Shown piece by piece: positions 40,761-54,769 of a stretch of DNA of 64,000 bases (positions are counted from its first letter, which is position 1; each line of letters starts with the position of its first letter). Both the position numbers and the translations under genes were made by a program. The notes below the pieces were generated by a model. That model did no database searches, was not told where the DNA came from, and saw nothing but the letters and a program-made list of their open reading frames with translations. Source of the DNA: Octopus vulgaris. Taxonomy: Eukaryota. The DNA is taken from assembly GCA_951406725.2 (NCBI GenBank), contig OX597826.1, forward strand, positions 22,382,001 through 22,446,000. Direction: 5' to 3'.

Positions 40761-43700
40761 GAGGAACTGATGCCAATATATATCAGCAAAAAAAAGTTAT
40801 GCTAGTGTGTCTGATTAATATAATGCCAAGCAATGTCATGGTCTTTCACTGAATCCAATGTAGGATGTTTGTTTGCAATATTATATTAGGGGAACTTCTT
40901 ATGTCCAATTTTTATCCATTACTTAAAGGATTCTATCACTCAGCACCTATTTTAATGTGTATATGATGTAATTCATTGCAATATATCCCTTATTAGTAAT
41001 CCTCTTCTTATGTGGCCTTCTCTTGATAGGTACAAATATATAAGAAAATTCTGCTATACAAATTTTCTTGAATTTCAAAGTTTTCTTTATCAAAACTTTT
41101 TATAGTGTCTGCAATTGTTTAGATCTCCTGAATAGTGGAAACATGGAACACTTTGGGTGGTGTAATAATGATATGCAATATATGACAAAGGGGTGAAGAT
41201 GAGAATGCTTTTGAACATACGTCTCGCCGAAGTTCACCTTAATAAGATTTGAACTTAGCAACCTGGTATCACAAGCGCAAACCATTTTATCCATTACTCA
41301 AAATATAGTATCACTCTGTACTTATTTTAATGTGTATATAATGTAATTCAGTGCAATATATCCCTTATATATAACCCTCTTCTTATGTGGCCTTTTGATG
41401 GTTACAAACATGCCGTTTTTGTATATCAAGTAGAACCCTGCTTACTTTCATTTCCATTAATTATTACTTTAGTCCTTATTGTTTACTTTCTGATTCTAGG
41501 TTTTATTTCTATGTAATATACATTCTTCGTAACAGTCTATAGACGAATTCTAATTCTAATGCTGGAATTCAGCATATTTTATCCACATTCTTACAGCATG
41601 ATGATTATGAAAATTAAAAATCTATGTTTAAAATAAGTATCCAAGGAGCCAACTATGCCTAGGTTAATGCTTGTATAGTCACCTGGATTAACTAAAATAT
41701 TTCTAGAAAACAAAATATTTTTATATCATGAAAATCTTAGATTAAGCATCATCAGTCACATTTTACTTCAAATGTAATATTTTGACTGCAGCGTGTGGTT
41801 ACTTTACCTGTTAAAAATAGCATTCAAGTATCCAATCAAACACTTCTGGATTTCTTTTATCTTCTTTTGTCTCTGTCTGGAAAATAAGGTGGAACTTTGT
41901 AGGCCTGTAAAATCCAATGAGATTACTATAAATAGTTTGTTTTAACAGTTGCCTGTTGCAGCCAAGAAAAGTATTCCAGAATGATGACATTCTCATGTCT
42001 GCAAGGACTGGGTCTGGAAGTGATGGGTAACGGAGAGACAAACAAGTTAGGAATTGGTATGAAAATAGTCAATTTTAAGGAACTGATGCCTATATATATC
42101 AGCAAAAAGAGGTTGTTATGCTAGTTAAAGTCTGGAGTGTGTCTGAGTAATATTATGCCAAGCAATGTCATGGTCTTTCCCTGAATGCAATCTAGGATGT
42201 TTGTTTGCAAAAACACTGTATATGTATTACGGGAGCTTCTTATGTCCAATTTTATCAATTACTTAAAATATTCTGTCACTCAGCACCTCTATTTTAATGT
42301 GTATATAATGTAATTCAGTGCAATATATCCTTCATTGATAACTCTTGATAGTCACAAACATATGAAAAAATTCTGCTATACTAAAAATTCTGCAATACAA
42401 ATTTTCTTGAATTTCAAAGTTTTCTTTGTCTGTAATTGTTGGAGGACTGAAATATTTTTTAGATTTCCTTAATAGTAAAAATATGATACACTTTGGGTGG
42501 AGTAATAATGATATGCAATATGTCAGAGGGGTGAAGATGAAATTGCCTTTGAACATAAAAAAAGACTAATATTTATTCCAGTAACAATCATTATTACGGA
42601 GTTTGAATGGCATTTGGCAGCAACAGAACATCTCCAACAGTTTCGCATTCTGTACATTCTCATATTATGGTCTTTTCTTCCTCCATTGAGACTACATGAT
42701 GGAATCACAAAGGCACCACCATAACATAAGGCATGTCCTAAGCATATTAATGTTAGGGGAGCCTATATATTTTCAGGTCTAAACAAAACTTATTTGTTCC
42801 AGAGAAAAAGACGAAGACAGTCAATCCTGTGACTATTAATACATTTCGGAGATGGATGTGAGCCAAAATTCACATTAAAAAGATTTGAACTGAGCAACCT
42901 GGTATGACAAGCGCAAACCATTTTATCCATAACTCAACGGATTCTATCATTCTGCACTTATTTTAATGTGTATACAATATAATTCAGTACAATATATCCG
43001 TTATTAATAACCCTCTTCTTATGTGGCCTAATTTTGATGGTTACAAACATGCCGTTTTTTGTATAGTAATAGGTTCTCATTTTCATTTCCATTAAACATT
43101 TAGTCTTTATTGTTACTATGAGTCTTTCTGATTCTAGGTTCTATTTCTCCGTGTCAGGAATCCTCCTAATTCTCATGCTTGAATTCAGCATATTTCATCC
43201 TCATTCTTACAGCATGTTGATTATGAATATTAAAAATCTATGTTTAAAATAAGTATCCAAAGTTCACAGGTACATAAATATGCCTAGGTTTATGCTTGTA
43301 TAGAAACTACAAAATAGATAAACAAAGATGATATTAATAATCTGGAAAAACATAAACTATTTTTGTCATGAAAAGCATAGATTAAGCACCATCAGGCACA
43401 TTGTACTTCAAATTTAATATTTTGACTGCAGCATGTTTCCAATTAAACAATTCATTTATCTGTTTTTGTCTGTGTCTAGAAAATAAGGTGGAGCTTTTTA
43501 GGCCTGTAAAATCCAATGAGATCACTATAAATAGTTTGTTTCAACAGTTGCCTGTTGCAGCCAATATCTCCAAGAAAAGTATTCCAGTAGGATGACATTC
43601 TTATGTCTGGAAGTGGTCTGGAAGTGATGGGTAGCGGAGAGACAAACAAGTTAGGAATTGGTATGAAAATGGTCAATATTGAGGAAATGATGCCAGTTAA

Positions 43701-46700
43701 AGCAATGTCATGGTCTTTCCCTGAATGCAATCTAGGATGTTTGTTTGCAAAAACACTGTATATGTATTAGCGGAGCTTCTTATGTCCAACTTTTATCCAA
43801 TACTTAAAGGATTCTATCACTCAGCACCTCTATTTTAATGTGTATATAATGTAATTCATTGCAATATATCCCTTAATTATAATCCTCTTATGTGGCCTCC
43901 TCTTGAGAGTCACAAACATATGAGAAAATTCTGCTATACAAATTATTTTCGAATTTCAGTTTTCTTTTTCAAAACTTTATAGAGTGACTGTAATTGTTGG
44001 AGTACTGAAGTATTTTTTAGATCTCCTAAATAGTGGAAATATGGGACACTTTGGGTAGTGTTAAAATGATATGCAATACATAATAACAGAGGGGTCAAGA
44101 TGAGAATGCTTTTGAACATACGTCTTGCAGTGTTAATCTGATGATAAAAAAATTCTAATATTTCTTCTAGTAATATTCCATAATAAAGATGTTTGAATGA
44201 CATTTGGCAGCAACAGTATATCTACCATCAGTTTCGCATTCTGTACATTCTCATTTTGGTGGTCTTTTTTTCTTCCATTGATGGAATCACCATAAGGTAT
44301 GTCCTAAGCAAATTAATGTTAGGGGAGCCTATATATTTTCATGTCTAAACAAAACTGATTTCTTTTTGTGAAAAAGACGAACTGAGCAACCTGATATGAC
44401 AAGCGCAAACCATTTTATCTAATACTCAAAGGATTCTTTCACTCTGCACTGATTTTAATATGTATATAATGTAATTCAGTTAAAATATATCTGTTATTAA
44501 TAACCCTCTTCTTATGTGGCCTTCTATTGATGGCTATAAACTTAAAATAAGTATCCTAAGTTCACAAATATGCCTAGCTTTATGCTTGTATAGTAACCTG
44601 GATTAACTAAAATATTTCTTGAAACTGTACAAAATAGATACACCTGGAAAAAATAAACTTATTTTTGTCATGAAAACCATAAATTAAACACTATCAGGCA
44701 CATTTTACTCCAAATGTAATATTTTGACTGCAGCGTGTGGTTAAGACCTGTTCGAAATAGCATTCAAGTTTCCAATTAAACACTTCTGGATATCATTTAT
44801 CTGTTTTTGTCTGTGTCTAGAAAATAAGGTTTTCAGGCCTGTAAAATCCAAGGAGATTACTATATATAGTTTGCTTTAACAGCTGCCTGTTGCAGCTAAT
44901 ATCTCCAAGAAAAGTATTCCAGAAGGATGACATTCTCATGTCTGGAAGTGATGGTTAGCTGAGAGACAAACAAGTTAGGAATTTGTATGAAAATATTTAA
45001 TTTTAAGGAATTAATGCCAACATATATCAGCAAAAAAGAGTAAGTTATGCTAGTTAAAGTCTGGAGTGTGTCTGAGTAATATTATGCCAAGCAATGTCAT
45101 GGTCTTTCCCTGAATGCAATCTAGGATGTTTGTTTGCAAAAACACTGTATATGTTTCATTAGAGGAGCTTATGTTCAACGTAAAGGACTCTGTCACACAG
45201 CACCTCTATTTTAATGTGTATATAATGTAATTCAGTGCAACACCTCTCTTATGTGGCCTTCTCTTGATAGTCACAAACATATAAGAAAATTCTGCTATAC
45301 TAAAAATTCTACTATACAAATTCTGTTGAATTTTAAAGTTTTTGGAGGACTGAAGTATTTTTTAGGTCTCCTGAATAGTGGAATTATGATACACTTTAGG
45401 TGGTGTAATAATGATATGCAATACATAATGACAGAAGGGTCAAGATGAGAATGCTTTTGAACATACGTCTCATTTTTAACCTGATGATAAAAAAAGTCTA
45501 ATATTTATTCCATTAACAGTGATAATTACGAAGTTTGAATGGCATTTGGCAGCAACAGTACATCTATCAACAGTATCGCAGACTGTACATTCTGAGACTA
45601 CATGATGGAATCACAAAGGAACATAAGGCATGTCCTAAGCATATTAATTTCAGGTCTAAACAAAACTGATTTCTTCCTGAGAAATAGACGACGAGAGTCA
45701 ATCCTGTGATTGGTAAAACATTTTTTGAGGTGGATGTGCGCCAAAATTCACCTTAATAAGATTTGAACTGAGCAAACCATTTTATCCATTATTCAAAGGA
45801 TTCTATCACTCTACACTGATTTTAATGTGTATATAATGTAATTCAATACAATATATCCGTTATTATTATTATTGCCTTCTTTTTATGGTTACAAACATGC
45901 CGTTTTTGTATATCAAGCAGAACCCTGATAGTAGTAGGGTCCTATTTTCAATTCTATTAAATATTACTTTAGTCTTAATTGCTACTTTAAATCTCTGATT
46001 GTAGGTTTTATTTCTATGTAATATACATTCTTCGTAACAGTCTATAGAGGAATTCTAATTCTAATGCTGGAATTCAGCATGTTTTATCCACATTCTTACA
46101 GCATGATGATTATGAGTATTAAAAATTTATGTTTAAAATAAGTATCCTAAGTTCACAGGTTTATGCTTGTACAGGTTTATGCCAATTTATTCCAATTTAT
46201 GCTTGTATAGTCACCTGGATTAACTAAAATATTTCTTGAAACTACAAAGATGATGTTAATAATCTGGAAAAACAAACTATTTTTATGTCATGAAAATCTT
46301 AGATTAAGCACTATCAGGCACATTTTAGTTTTGACTGCAGCGTGTGGTTACTTAACATTCAAGTTTCCAATTAAACACTTCTGGATTTGTTTTATCTTTT
46401 CTGTGTCTGGAAAATAAGGTGGAATTTTGTAGGCCTGTAAATTCCAATGAGATTACTCTAAATGTCTTGTTTTAGCAGTTGCCTGTTGCAGCCAATATCT
46501 CCAAGAAAACTATTCCAGAAGGATGACATTCTCATCTCTGGAAGTGATGGGAAAAGGAGAGACAAGGAACTGATGCCAATATATTTCAGCAAAAAAGAGA
46601 AAGTTAAGTCTGGAGTGTCTGAGTAATATTATGCGAAGCAATGTTATGGTCTTTTTCTGAATGCAATCTAGGATGTTTGTTTGCAATATTATATTAGGGG

Positions 46701-47500
46701 AGCTTCTTAAATCCAATTTTTATCCATTACTTAAAGGATTCTATCACTCAGCACCTGTATATAATGTAATTCCGTGCAGTATATCCCTTATTATTAACCC
46801 TCTTCTTATGTGGCCTTCTCTTGATAGTTACAAATATACAAGAAAATTCTGCTATATAAATTTTCTTGAATTTCAAAGTATTTTTTAGATCTCCTGAATA
46901 GTGGAAATATGGGACACTTTGGGTAGTGTAAAAATGATATGCAATACATAATAAGAGAGGGGGTGAAGGTGAGAACGCTTTTGAACATGTCTCGCAGTGT
47001 TAATCTGATGATAAAAAAAGACTAATATTTATTCCCTAACAATCATAATAACGAAGTAATAGCATTCTTACAGCATGTTGAATATGAATATTAAAAATCT
47101 ATGTTTAAAAAAAGTATCCTAAGTTCACAGGTAGCCAAATATGCCTAGGTTTATGCTTGTATAACTGGATTAACTAAAATATTTCTTGAAACTGTACAAA
47201 ATAGATAAAGATGATATTAATAATCTGGAAAAACATAAACTATTTTTTCATGAAAACCATAGTATTGCAGAAGGATGTGGAAGGACTGGGTCTGGAAGTA
47301 ATGGGTAGCGGAGAGACAAACAAGTTAGGAATTGGTATGAAAATATTCAATTTTAAGGAATTGATGCCAATATATATCAGCAAAAAAGAGGAAGTTATGC
47401 TAGTTAAAGGCTGGAGTGTGTCTGAGTAATATTATGCCAAGCAATGTCATGGTCTTTCCCTGAATGCAATCTAGGATGTTTTGTTTGCAAAAACACTGTC
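40760..47500. repeat. Diverged tandem array, ~1.3-1.6 kb unit, about 4.5 copies
   Basis: GATGACATTCT marker at ~41983, 43591, 44927 and 46522. The CAATGTCATGGTCTTTC marker recurs likewise. Confidence 0.9.
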
Positions 47501-47559
47501 TAGGTATGGAAGCATGTCCTAAGCATATTGGCAGGTCCAAGCCATCGAACTTCATTTCA

Positions 47560-48240
47560 ATTTCAATTGTTTCAACTGGTCTTTGCAAGCAGAATTTAGG
47601 AACGGTCTTGGTCACTAGTCATTGACTAAATGACGCCTAACGTTCAAAGATCGTTCTTCATTACTTCATCCCAGGTCTTCCCCTTGCACAGGTTCCCTCA
47701 ATTTTTCACAAATCTATCTTCATTCATACTCGATACATGACCTTGCAAGAATACGCATGTCCTCAGCAGTCACTGCCCACGTTTCACTGTTATAAGAGCT
47801 CTCTGAACTTTGCCCAGGCTATTCTTATTCTAGCGGCTAGACTTTTAGTGCGCCCTCACTTGCTACTTTTTTGTTCTCCTAACAAATGGAATCCGTCAAC
47901 TATTTTTTCTCTCCTGAATGTCGCCGAAGTTCTTTTATGCAGGTTTTCAGTGTTTATTGCTACTGAGCATCTGCCACATACAAAAAACTATATTTCTGCA
48001 CATCTTATAGGTCCATAGCTCACAATGAGTACGTCTTATAGAGTTTCTACCTATACTTTTTCTACAGATCTAGCAGGGCCGATTGCAAACCTTGTTTCCA
48101 CTCTTCAAACTACTCAAGTTCTGATAGTGAATAGGAAGTTAGAGCAAGGTCTATAGTGATGCTTCACCAGTCATTGGGTATGACTTTTTCGTTTATCGTC
48201 TAGTCACTCTCACTTATATAAACTAAAGGTTTATTTGTGC
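47560..48240 (-). mobile_element. Decayed RTE/RTE-X LINE 3' fragment
   Basis: GHVSSMNEDRFVK, EGTCARGRP and KTWDEVMKNDL motifs, with a Cys-rich NSIR.THCELW segment upstream. Confidence 0.7.
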
Positions 48241-48879
48241 CAATGCTTACATCGATCAGCACACTGTTTTTCATATCTATGTCTTTATCATATGTGAAGA
48301 ACCTGGAGAAAATCAACTGACCTTGCTCTTTTAGACACCAACTTAATTTACAATATCATCCAACTGGATGGTTTTATGTTTACAGATATTTATGTCACAT
48401 GTTTTTATAAATCATACTCAGAGTACATCATCTAATACTAGTGAATAGTGAATACCAGATATTTTGAGCATTTCTGCAGTGATTGCTCTGTCTTTATTTT
48501 CTTAATCGTTTTATCTACCACGTTACTGTCAATTCAAATAGCTGGACTTCATTTAGCGGACACTCTTTCTCCCATTCATGGTTGAACCGGAGTCTGGTAA
48601 GCCGCGGAGGCTGTACCAGGCTATAGTCTGATTTGGCAGTGTTTCTACAGATGGATGCCGTTTCTAACGCCAACCACTCCATAAGTGTTGTTTTACGTGT
48701 TACCGGCACAGGGGCCAGCGCAGGGTAACAAACGGCCACAATTTGTTGGTTCTGTAACGTATCTGCCATGTTTGGCCGGTGTTTTTTATGTTTCACCGGC
48801 ATTTTTGTTTTAACGACAATTTATTACAGCGGCTCACTCGACGATCCAATATAGTGCGCGATTTGAATATAGAGGCACC

Positions 48880-49140
48880 TACCTTCTCTTCTTAGTGACG
48901 GAGACCCTCCAGTGGTGACTAGTCCTTCCACACAGCCCCGACCCGAACACTAACGATAGCAGCTGCTAGCCCAAACCCTTAGCGACGTCCTCACACGTCT
49001 TGTCACCTGCACGACTCACGTTGGAAAAGGCGCAATTCCCCCGCTCCCTGCGCACGCCTGCCAGCCTATCCCTTCCGTTTGCCCCAGCTTCCGGTCAACT
49101 CACCCGGCTGCTGACGTCCAGCTGCTGACGTCATCCAACA
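48880..49140 (-). mobile_element. Probable LTR fragment
   Basis: GC-rich block beginning TGTTGG on the minus strand. No partner LTR is visible. Confidence 0.4.
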
Positions 49141-50575
49141 CAGACAAAGCACACACGAAATACACAAAACACACACGAAGCACACGAAAAACAGACACAG
49201 AGCACACAGAAAACAGACAAAAAACTCACGAAATACACGCGGAAGAAGCAAAGCACTTACAAATACTTACAAAACCTCTCAAAACAAACACAAGACACAC
49301 AAGACAAAAAAAAAAAAGCACACAAAAAGTCATACTAGAAAGACAGGCAAAACACACTCAAAAGACACACAACATACACAGAAAGCACAAACAAAACCAC
49401 AGAGAACAAATAGGAAACACACAAAACAAACTAAATACACAAAAACACTCACCAAAGATACAAAACACAAAAATATCAAACACTAAACACTCACAACACA
49501 TAAATCGCACAAAAAATACCCGCAAAACACAATTTAAACAAAAAGCATACAAAAAGCACACAAAACACATACAAAGCCACACAAAAGAACAAAACACATG
49601 ACGCACAAAACACACAAAATTCACAAAACACAAAAACTTACAGGATACACACTAAACATTCACAAAAGAGACGTAAAAGGCATAAAACTGAGAAAACACA
49701 CAAAAAAATATAAGCCAACCAAACGAAACAGAAAACACACAAAAAAATACGCAAAACAAACTAAAAACACACAAACATACACGAAGAACACACAAAACAC
49801 AAAAAACACCCAAAACTCACACAAAGCACAAAAAACCCCACAAAAAAACAGAAATCACACAAAACTAAGAAAACGCATACAACAAAAGCCACTCAAAAGA
49901 ATCAAAAACAAACAAAACACACACAAAGCACAAATAAAACCACACAAAACACCACACAAATCATACACAAAACATACAGAAAGCACACTTAGAGCACACA
50001 CCGAAAAAACACAATACACGCACAAAGCACTCACAAAAGACACTGAAAACATATAAAACTCTTAAAACATGAAATAGAAAGAAGGCAAATAGACAAGTAG
50101 TCCTAACCGTAACTTTACACACAAGCGCGTGTATGCAGCGCCCAACACACAGAAGCATATGCATACATACACCTTCCTGCACACTCATATGCAGATACAT
50201 CTATATATATGTGTTCGTCGAAGTCGATTTCACTTCCATACTATTACGTCCATACCTACCTAATTTAAGACACATTTACGATATTTCAAGGCAAAAATAT
50301 AACTTAAAATCCCAAAATATAAAACCCACTCGAAGGGAAGTAACTCTTACAACTAACATTCCTTTAAATTACTTCCCTTTAGCAACAAGAAACACAACTC
50401 TTGCCTTGACTTCAAATTCCTTCCTTTAACACAACTCTTGCCATGACAATTATTTGAATTTAATCTCACTTTAAAAACTATGGACTACTCTATATCAAAT
50501 TTTTGGGGTGCCGTACGCCACCAGAAGGATTAAATAGGTTAGGATCTGCCCTTTTCTGATGGATACATTGAATCG
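49140..50575. repeat. Right arm: A/C-rich tract plus inverted copy of the 480-bp unit
   Basis: 50230-50575 is the reverse complement of parts of 38722-39570. Confidence 0.85.
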
Positions 50576-50577
50576 TT

Positions 50578-51845
50578 TCCTATCTACATCGTCCAACCAG
50601 GCCCGAATGGCATCCAGTGTCTGCCATAGCGTTGTGACAGATAACTTGGGTTGGTCGTGAGAGGGAGGTAGCGAAACCCGATGCTTTCGTGGCAGGTGTG
50701 TCGGCTTGAATGAAAGGATGGGGGGCGGAAGAACTTTTTTCCCACGAATAACAGTGTTCATTATATATATTGGTGGTCAACAATTGAAGGTTGGGAAGAG
50801 GATTCGTTAGGTAGGTCGACCATAGGCTGTTGAATAATGCAGAAGTGTGGTCTTCTGTGTCAGCTGCGTTGGTTAGAACCTGCCGATGAGGACGGTGTTA
50901 TCATAGTGATACCTGTATCACACCTAGGTATTTGTGGTTGTAGGCGGAGCATTTCCGCATGCGTTCCTGTACAATGACGTCTTCAATCTTTTTTTCAGTA
51001 GTGACTGCAGGGGTTTGCGGTGAGTATATCATGGAGTTTCTCGGATTTATTTACTGCGCGTTGCCACTCCTAGTTCTTATAAGAACTGGAATCTGCGGTG
51101 ATTGGGTAGTGCTGAGGCCCATGAGACAGCTGGCGCAGCGTTGTCCACTTTCTTTTGCCTCGACGTACTTTGGAGCACCTTCCAATGTCATGTCTAACTT
51201 GAAGTCGCCCATGGTGTCAAGGCGTATCTCCTCGTCCTCCGACACAGAAGAACATCGCGAACTATAATGTCCAAGAGGCATTCCACTTTGAGGTTGCACA
51301 CTGCCATCGACGACATACAGCCAATATTCTAACAGGTTCGTCCCGATCCAGGCGCATTTGTCCTTCCTGCACACGAACGACCATCACATTTTCTTCGCAG
51401 ACAAACATGGACAAACATGTCAGTGAGGACAGTTTGCTCATCACTAGAGGCCAACGCACCGAACGTCCATGTGAAATCTTTTCTGCACTGACTGACAGTA
51501 GAAACAGTTCTGTTTCCTACTTCTTTAACTACCATTTCGTTACTTCTGAATCAAGGTCGAAAAAAACATTTCAACGACACATAAATAACAGGATGTATCA
51601 GAAATATCTTCTCCTTATGCGGCAAAAGATATTATTATGTAGCCACTAGTCCTTTTCATGATGTAAACATAATATCTTCACGAATATGTGTAACAGGAAA
51701 TTACTATATCCTTGTTACCAGGGGACGTGATATATAACAAGATATCTTCTACTTCACGAAAGGAACAAGTACAGAGATGGAGGCGACAAGTAGCAGATAT
51801 AAGACGAGCAAGAAAGAAGACGAACCCTATAGCCCTAACACTAAA
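50578..51845 (-). mobile_element. Ty3/gypsy LTR retrotransposon remnant (gag + protease, possible LTR ~51655-51845)
   Basis: gag-like DEEIRLD...DMTLE..KYVEAKESG, a decayed CCHC-like segment, and aspartic protease motif AMADTGC. Confidence 0.7.
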
Positions 51846-52039
51846 CCTCACGCTAAGACACATACATGCATGCATACATACAAAAATACATACATATAGA
51901 TACACACGTACAAACGCCCAACACAGACACGTACACACACCTTAACGAAAACAATACACTACACGCACACATATAAATATATCCACAACACAAATATATA
52001 TATCATATATATACAAAATATACATCTTCCAGATGTATA

Positions 52040-52660
52040 TTACTGCATACCTCTCCAGGGAGTAGAGTCTTAGCAGTTTCAACCTTTCTTAGTAGCTGAG
52101 CTGTTGCAAAGAGATGATCTTCTTTGTGAATCTTATCTGGATTGCTTCAAGGTCTGCTGTTAATTTCAAACGTGAGTGACCATAGCTGTAAGCAGTAATC
52201 CAGAGGACCATCATATCTCTGGTTCTGAATGTTCTAAGGATCCATCCAGCCAGTCGTCTGCACTTTGTCAACATTCTGGTAATGTGCACTTGGAAAGAGA
52301 TATCATCACTCATGTCTATACCCAGGTCCCTCACTGATTTAGGCTCTGGGATTGAAATTCCCTGTGGACCAGTGAACCCTGTAAGTTTCATATTCAGTTT
52401 TGGATGCTGGTAGTGCAACACTTGGAATTTTTCAGCATTAAGCTGCATATCATTATCCTCAGCCCATCTGTAAATTCAGTGCAATTCTTGCTACACATGT
52501 GCAACATCGCTGGGGTTCTGTATTTTCTGAGAGACTTTCGTATCGTCTGCACAGCTTGCAAGGGTGGCTATCCGGGCACTTGAGGGAATATATGAGAAGG
52601 CCACTATAAAAAGCAGTGGTCCTGTGGAACACCGCTCACTATTTGTCTGTTCATAGAGGT
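52040..52660 (-). mobile_element. CR1-like LINE reverse transcriptase remnant
   Basis: SGVPQ, ADDTKV, MQLNAEKFQVL, VRDLGI and GWILRTFRTRD motifs. Confidence 0.9.
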
Positions 52661-52687
52661 GGCTCCATTATACATATACATACATAA

Positions 52688-52736
<49 letters not shown>

Positions 52737-52754
52737 CATATACATACACACATG

Positions 52755-53500
52755 TATAATTTTACCAAGTAGTGTTCAGTATGTAAAAAGACCATTTTTC
52801 GTAATTTTTCCCTCTATACCTGCGTGAATTATTTTTGAGTATACATTGTCTGGGAGACTTTTCTTATAGTAGAGGAAATAGCTAAACTTTTTGGCTGCTA
52901 TTTCTAAAAGTTCGGTGTGTGGTAAAGTAAATTTTTTTAATGAACCCTAATTATGTAACGTAATGTATATACCGTAAATGGTCTTTTTACATACTGAACA
53001 CTACTTGGTAAAATTATTAATTAATTTTATCCTTTTATTATTGACAATATAATTCTCTCTCCCTGATAATAAACTGCAGATCTCTCTGTAGCGATTTGTT
53101 GCTCTATAACTCACGTGGGTGGACGGGGAAGGATGCGTAGCCCCATTCGTACTTTTAGAATTTGTTACTACTGGCAGTCGAAGATGATATGTCTGGGATT
53201 ACTCATATCAGACGGGTATGTTCGATTTTTAGTGCTCTCAAATTCAAACCTAAAAATGACGGAAATGTTGATCTCTATATCCAACTAATCCAGAAACGGC
53301 GTTCTCAAGTAATCGATGTACGTGTGACCTTTCGTTATTTTTCCCCTCTACACCTACATGAATTATTTTTGAGTATACATTGTCTGGGAGACTTTTCTTA
53401 TAGTAGACGAAATAGCTAAACTTTTTGGCTGCTATTTCTAAAAGTTCGGTGTGTGGTAAAGAAAATTTTTTTACTCAACTCTAATTATGTAACGTAATGT
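52755..53500. repeat. Rearranged element with ~170 bp direct repeats and a 41 bp inverted repeat
   Basis: 52797-52968 matches 53330-53500; 52757-52797 is inverted at 52976-53016. The layout is PLE-like. Confidence 0.7.
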
Positions 53501-53534
53501 TTTTTATACACACACATATATATATACATATATA

Positions 53535-53899
53535 TAATACAAATAAGAAAATGGAGGAACAGATTCCTTTCAATCATCAACTTACAGATAATACCAATTC
53601 ATATAATTTATTAACTAATTAAATAGGAACATCCAAATCCGACAGAATAAAACAATATACATCAATAAGTAAGATAATACCATAAAATTATTACATATAA
53701 AAATGATCTTACAGCTGTTTCAGCCTGTAGATAAAGGTATCTCATTGTGCCTATATTATTCAAATGTATTGAGGTAATATGCAGTTAAAAATGAGTTACT
53801 TATATATATATCTCAGGGATTATAAAGTACAATTATGAAAATATAAATATGAAACAAAATACACATACACAAGAATATATAAATATATATATATAAGTG

Positions 53900-53957
<58 letters not shown>

Positions 53958-54625
53958 TGTATATACATATATATAAGTATATATATAATAATATACATAC
54001 ACATAAGGTTACAGATAATCAAATATATATACTGGAGTATACATATATATCCACATCAAAGGGTACATATACAAAGTCCAAAGTTCATTGTATTATATTT
54101 CCAAAACAACTAATATTATTATTATTATTAATAATTCTGCTATTCAGAATACATAGTAAATGGAAAATACCACATAACACAATATAATATAATATATTGT
54201 ATATTACATATATAATATATTATATAATATAGTATAACATAATATATAGACAGATGCCTATGGACTAATATAGGCACAATGAGATACCTTTATCTATAGG
54301 CTGAAACAACTGTAAGATCCATTTTATATGTAATATTTTTATGGTATTATCTTATTGATGTATATTGTTTTATTCTGTTGGATTAATTAATAAATTATAT
54401 GAATTGGTATTATCTGATGATTGAAAGGAATCTGTTCCTCCATTTTCTTATTTGTATTATGATTTTGAGGTAAAACATTTTACCTTCGCCCATCTAATAA
54501 ATGAACTAATTGCATTGCAATTGTAAGCATTTATGTATTAGCCTTTTGGGTACTTCACTGGCAGTATTTTGGATAACTGATATCCCATAGTGGGTTACAC
54601 TCATGACCCCTATCTCACTTTGTAC
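53535..54625. mobile_element. Family D PLE-type element, inverted pair
   Basis: Minus copy 53535-53830 and plus copy 54260-54625. Both carry GGCTGAAACA.CTGTAAGATC. Confidence 0.75.
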
Positions 54626-54711
54626 ATATATATATATATACATTTATATATATATATATACATACATATATATATATACATATATATATATACACACATA
54701 TATATATATAC

Positions 54712-54746
<35 letters not shown>

Positions 54747-54769
54747 CATACACACATATATATATAAAT

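Noticed and set aside
41975-42025. DILMSARTGSG resembling DEAD-box motif I
   Set aside because: It lacks GKT and downstream motifs, and is not conserved in the other array copies.
49598-50056. 152-aa K/T/H-rich ORF
   Set aside because: Compositional artefact of the A/C-rich tract.
53160-53312. TCGAAGA ... GAAAC GGC GTT possible split hammerhead
   Set aside because: Core is doubly mutated and stem I is ambiguous.
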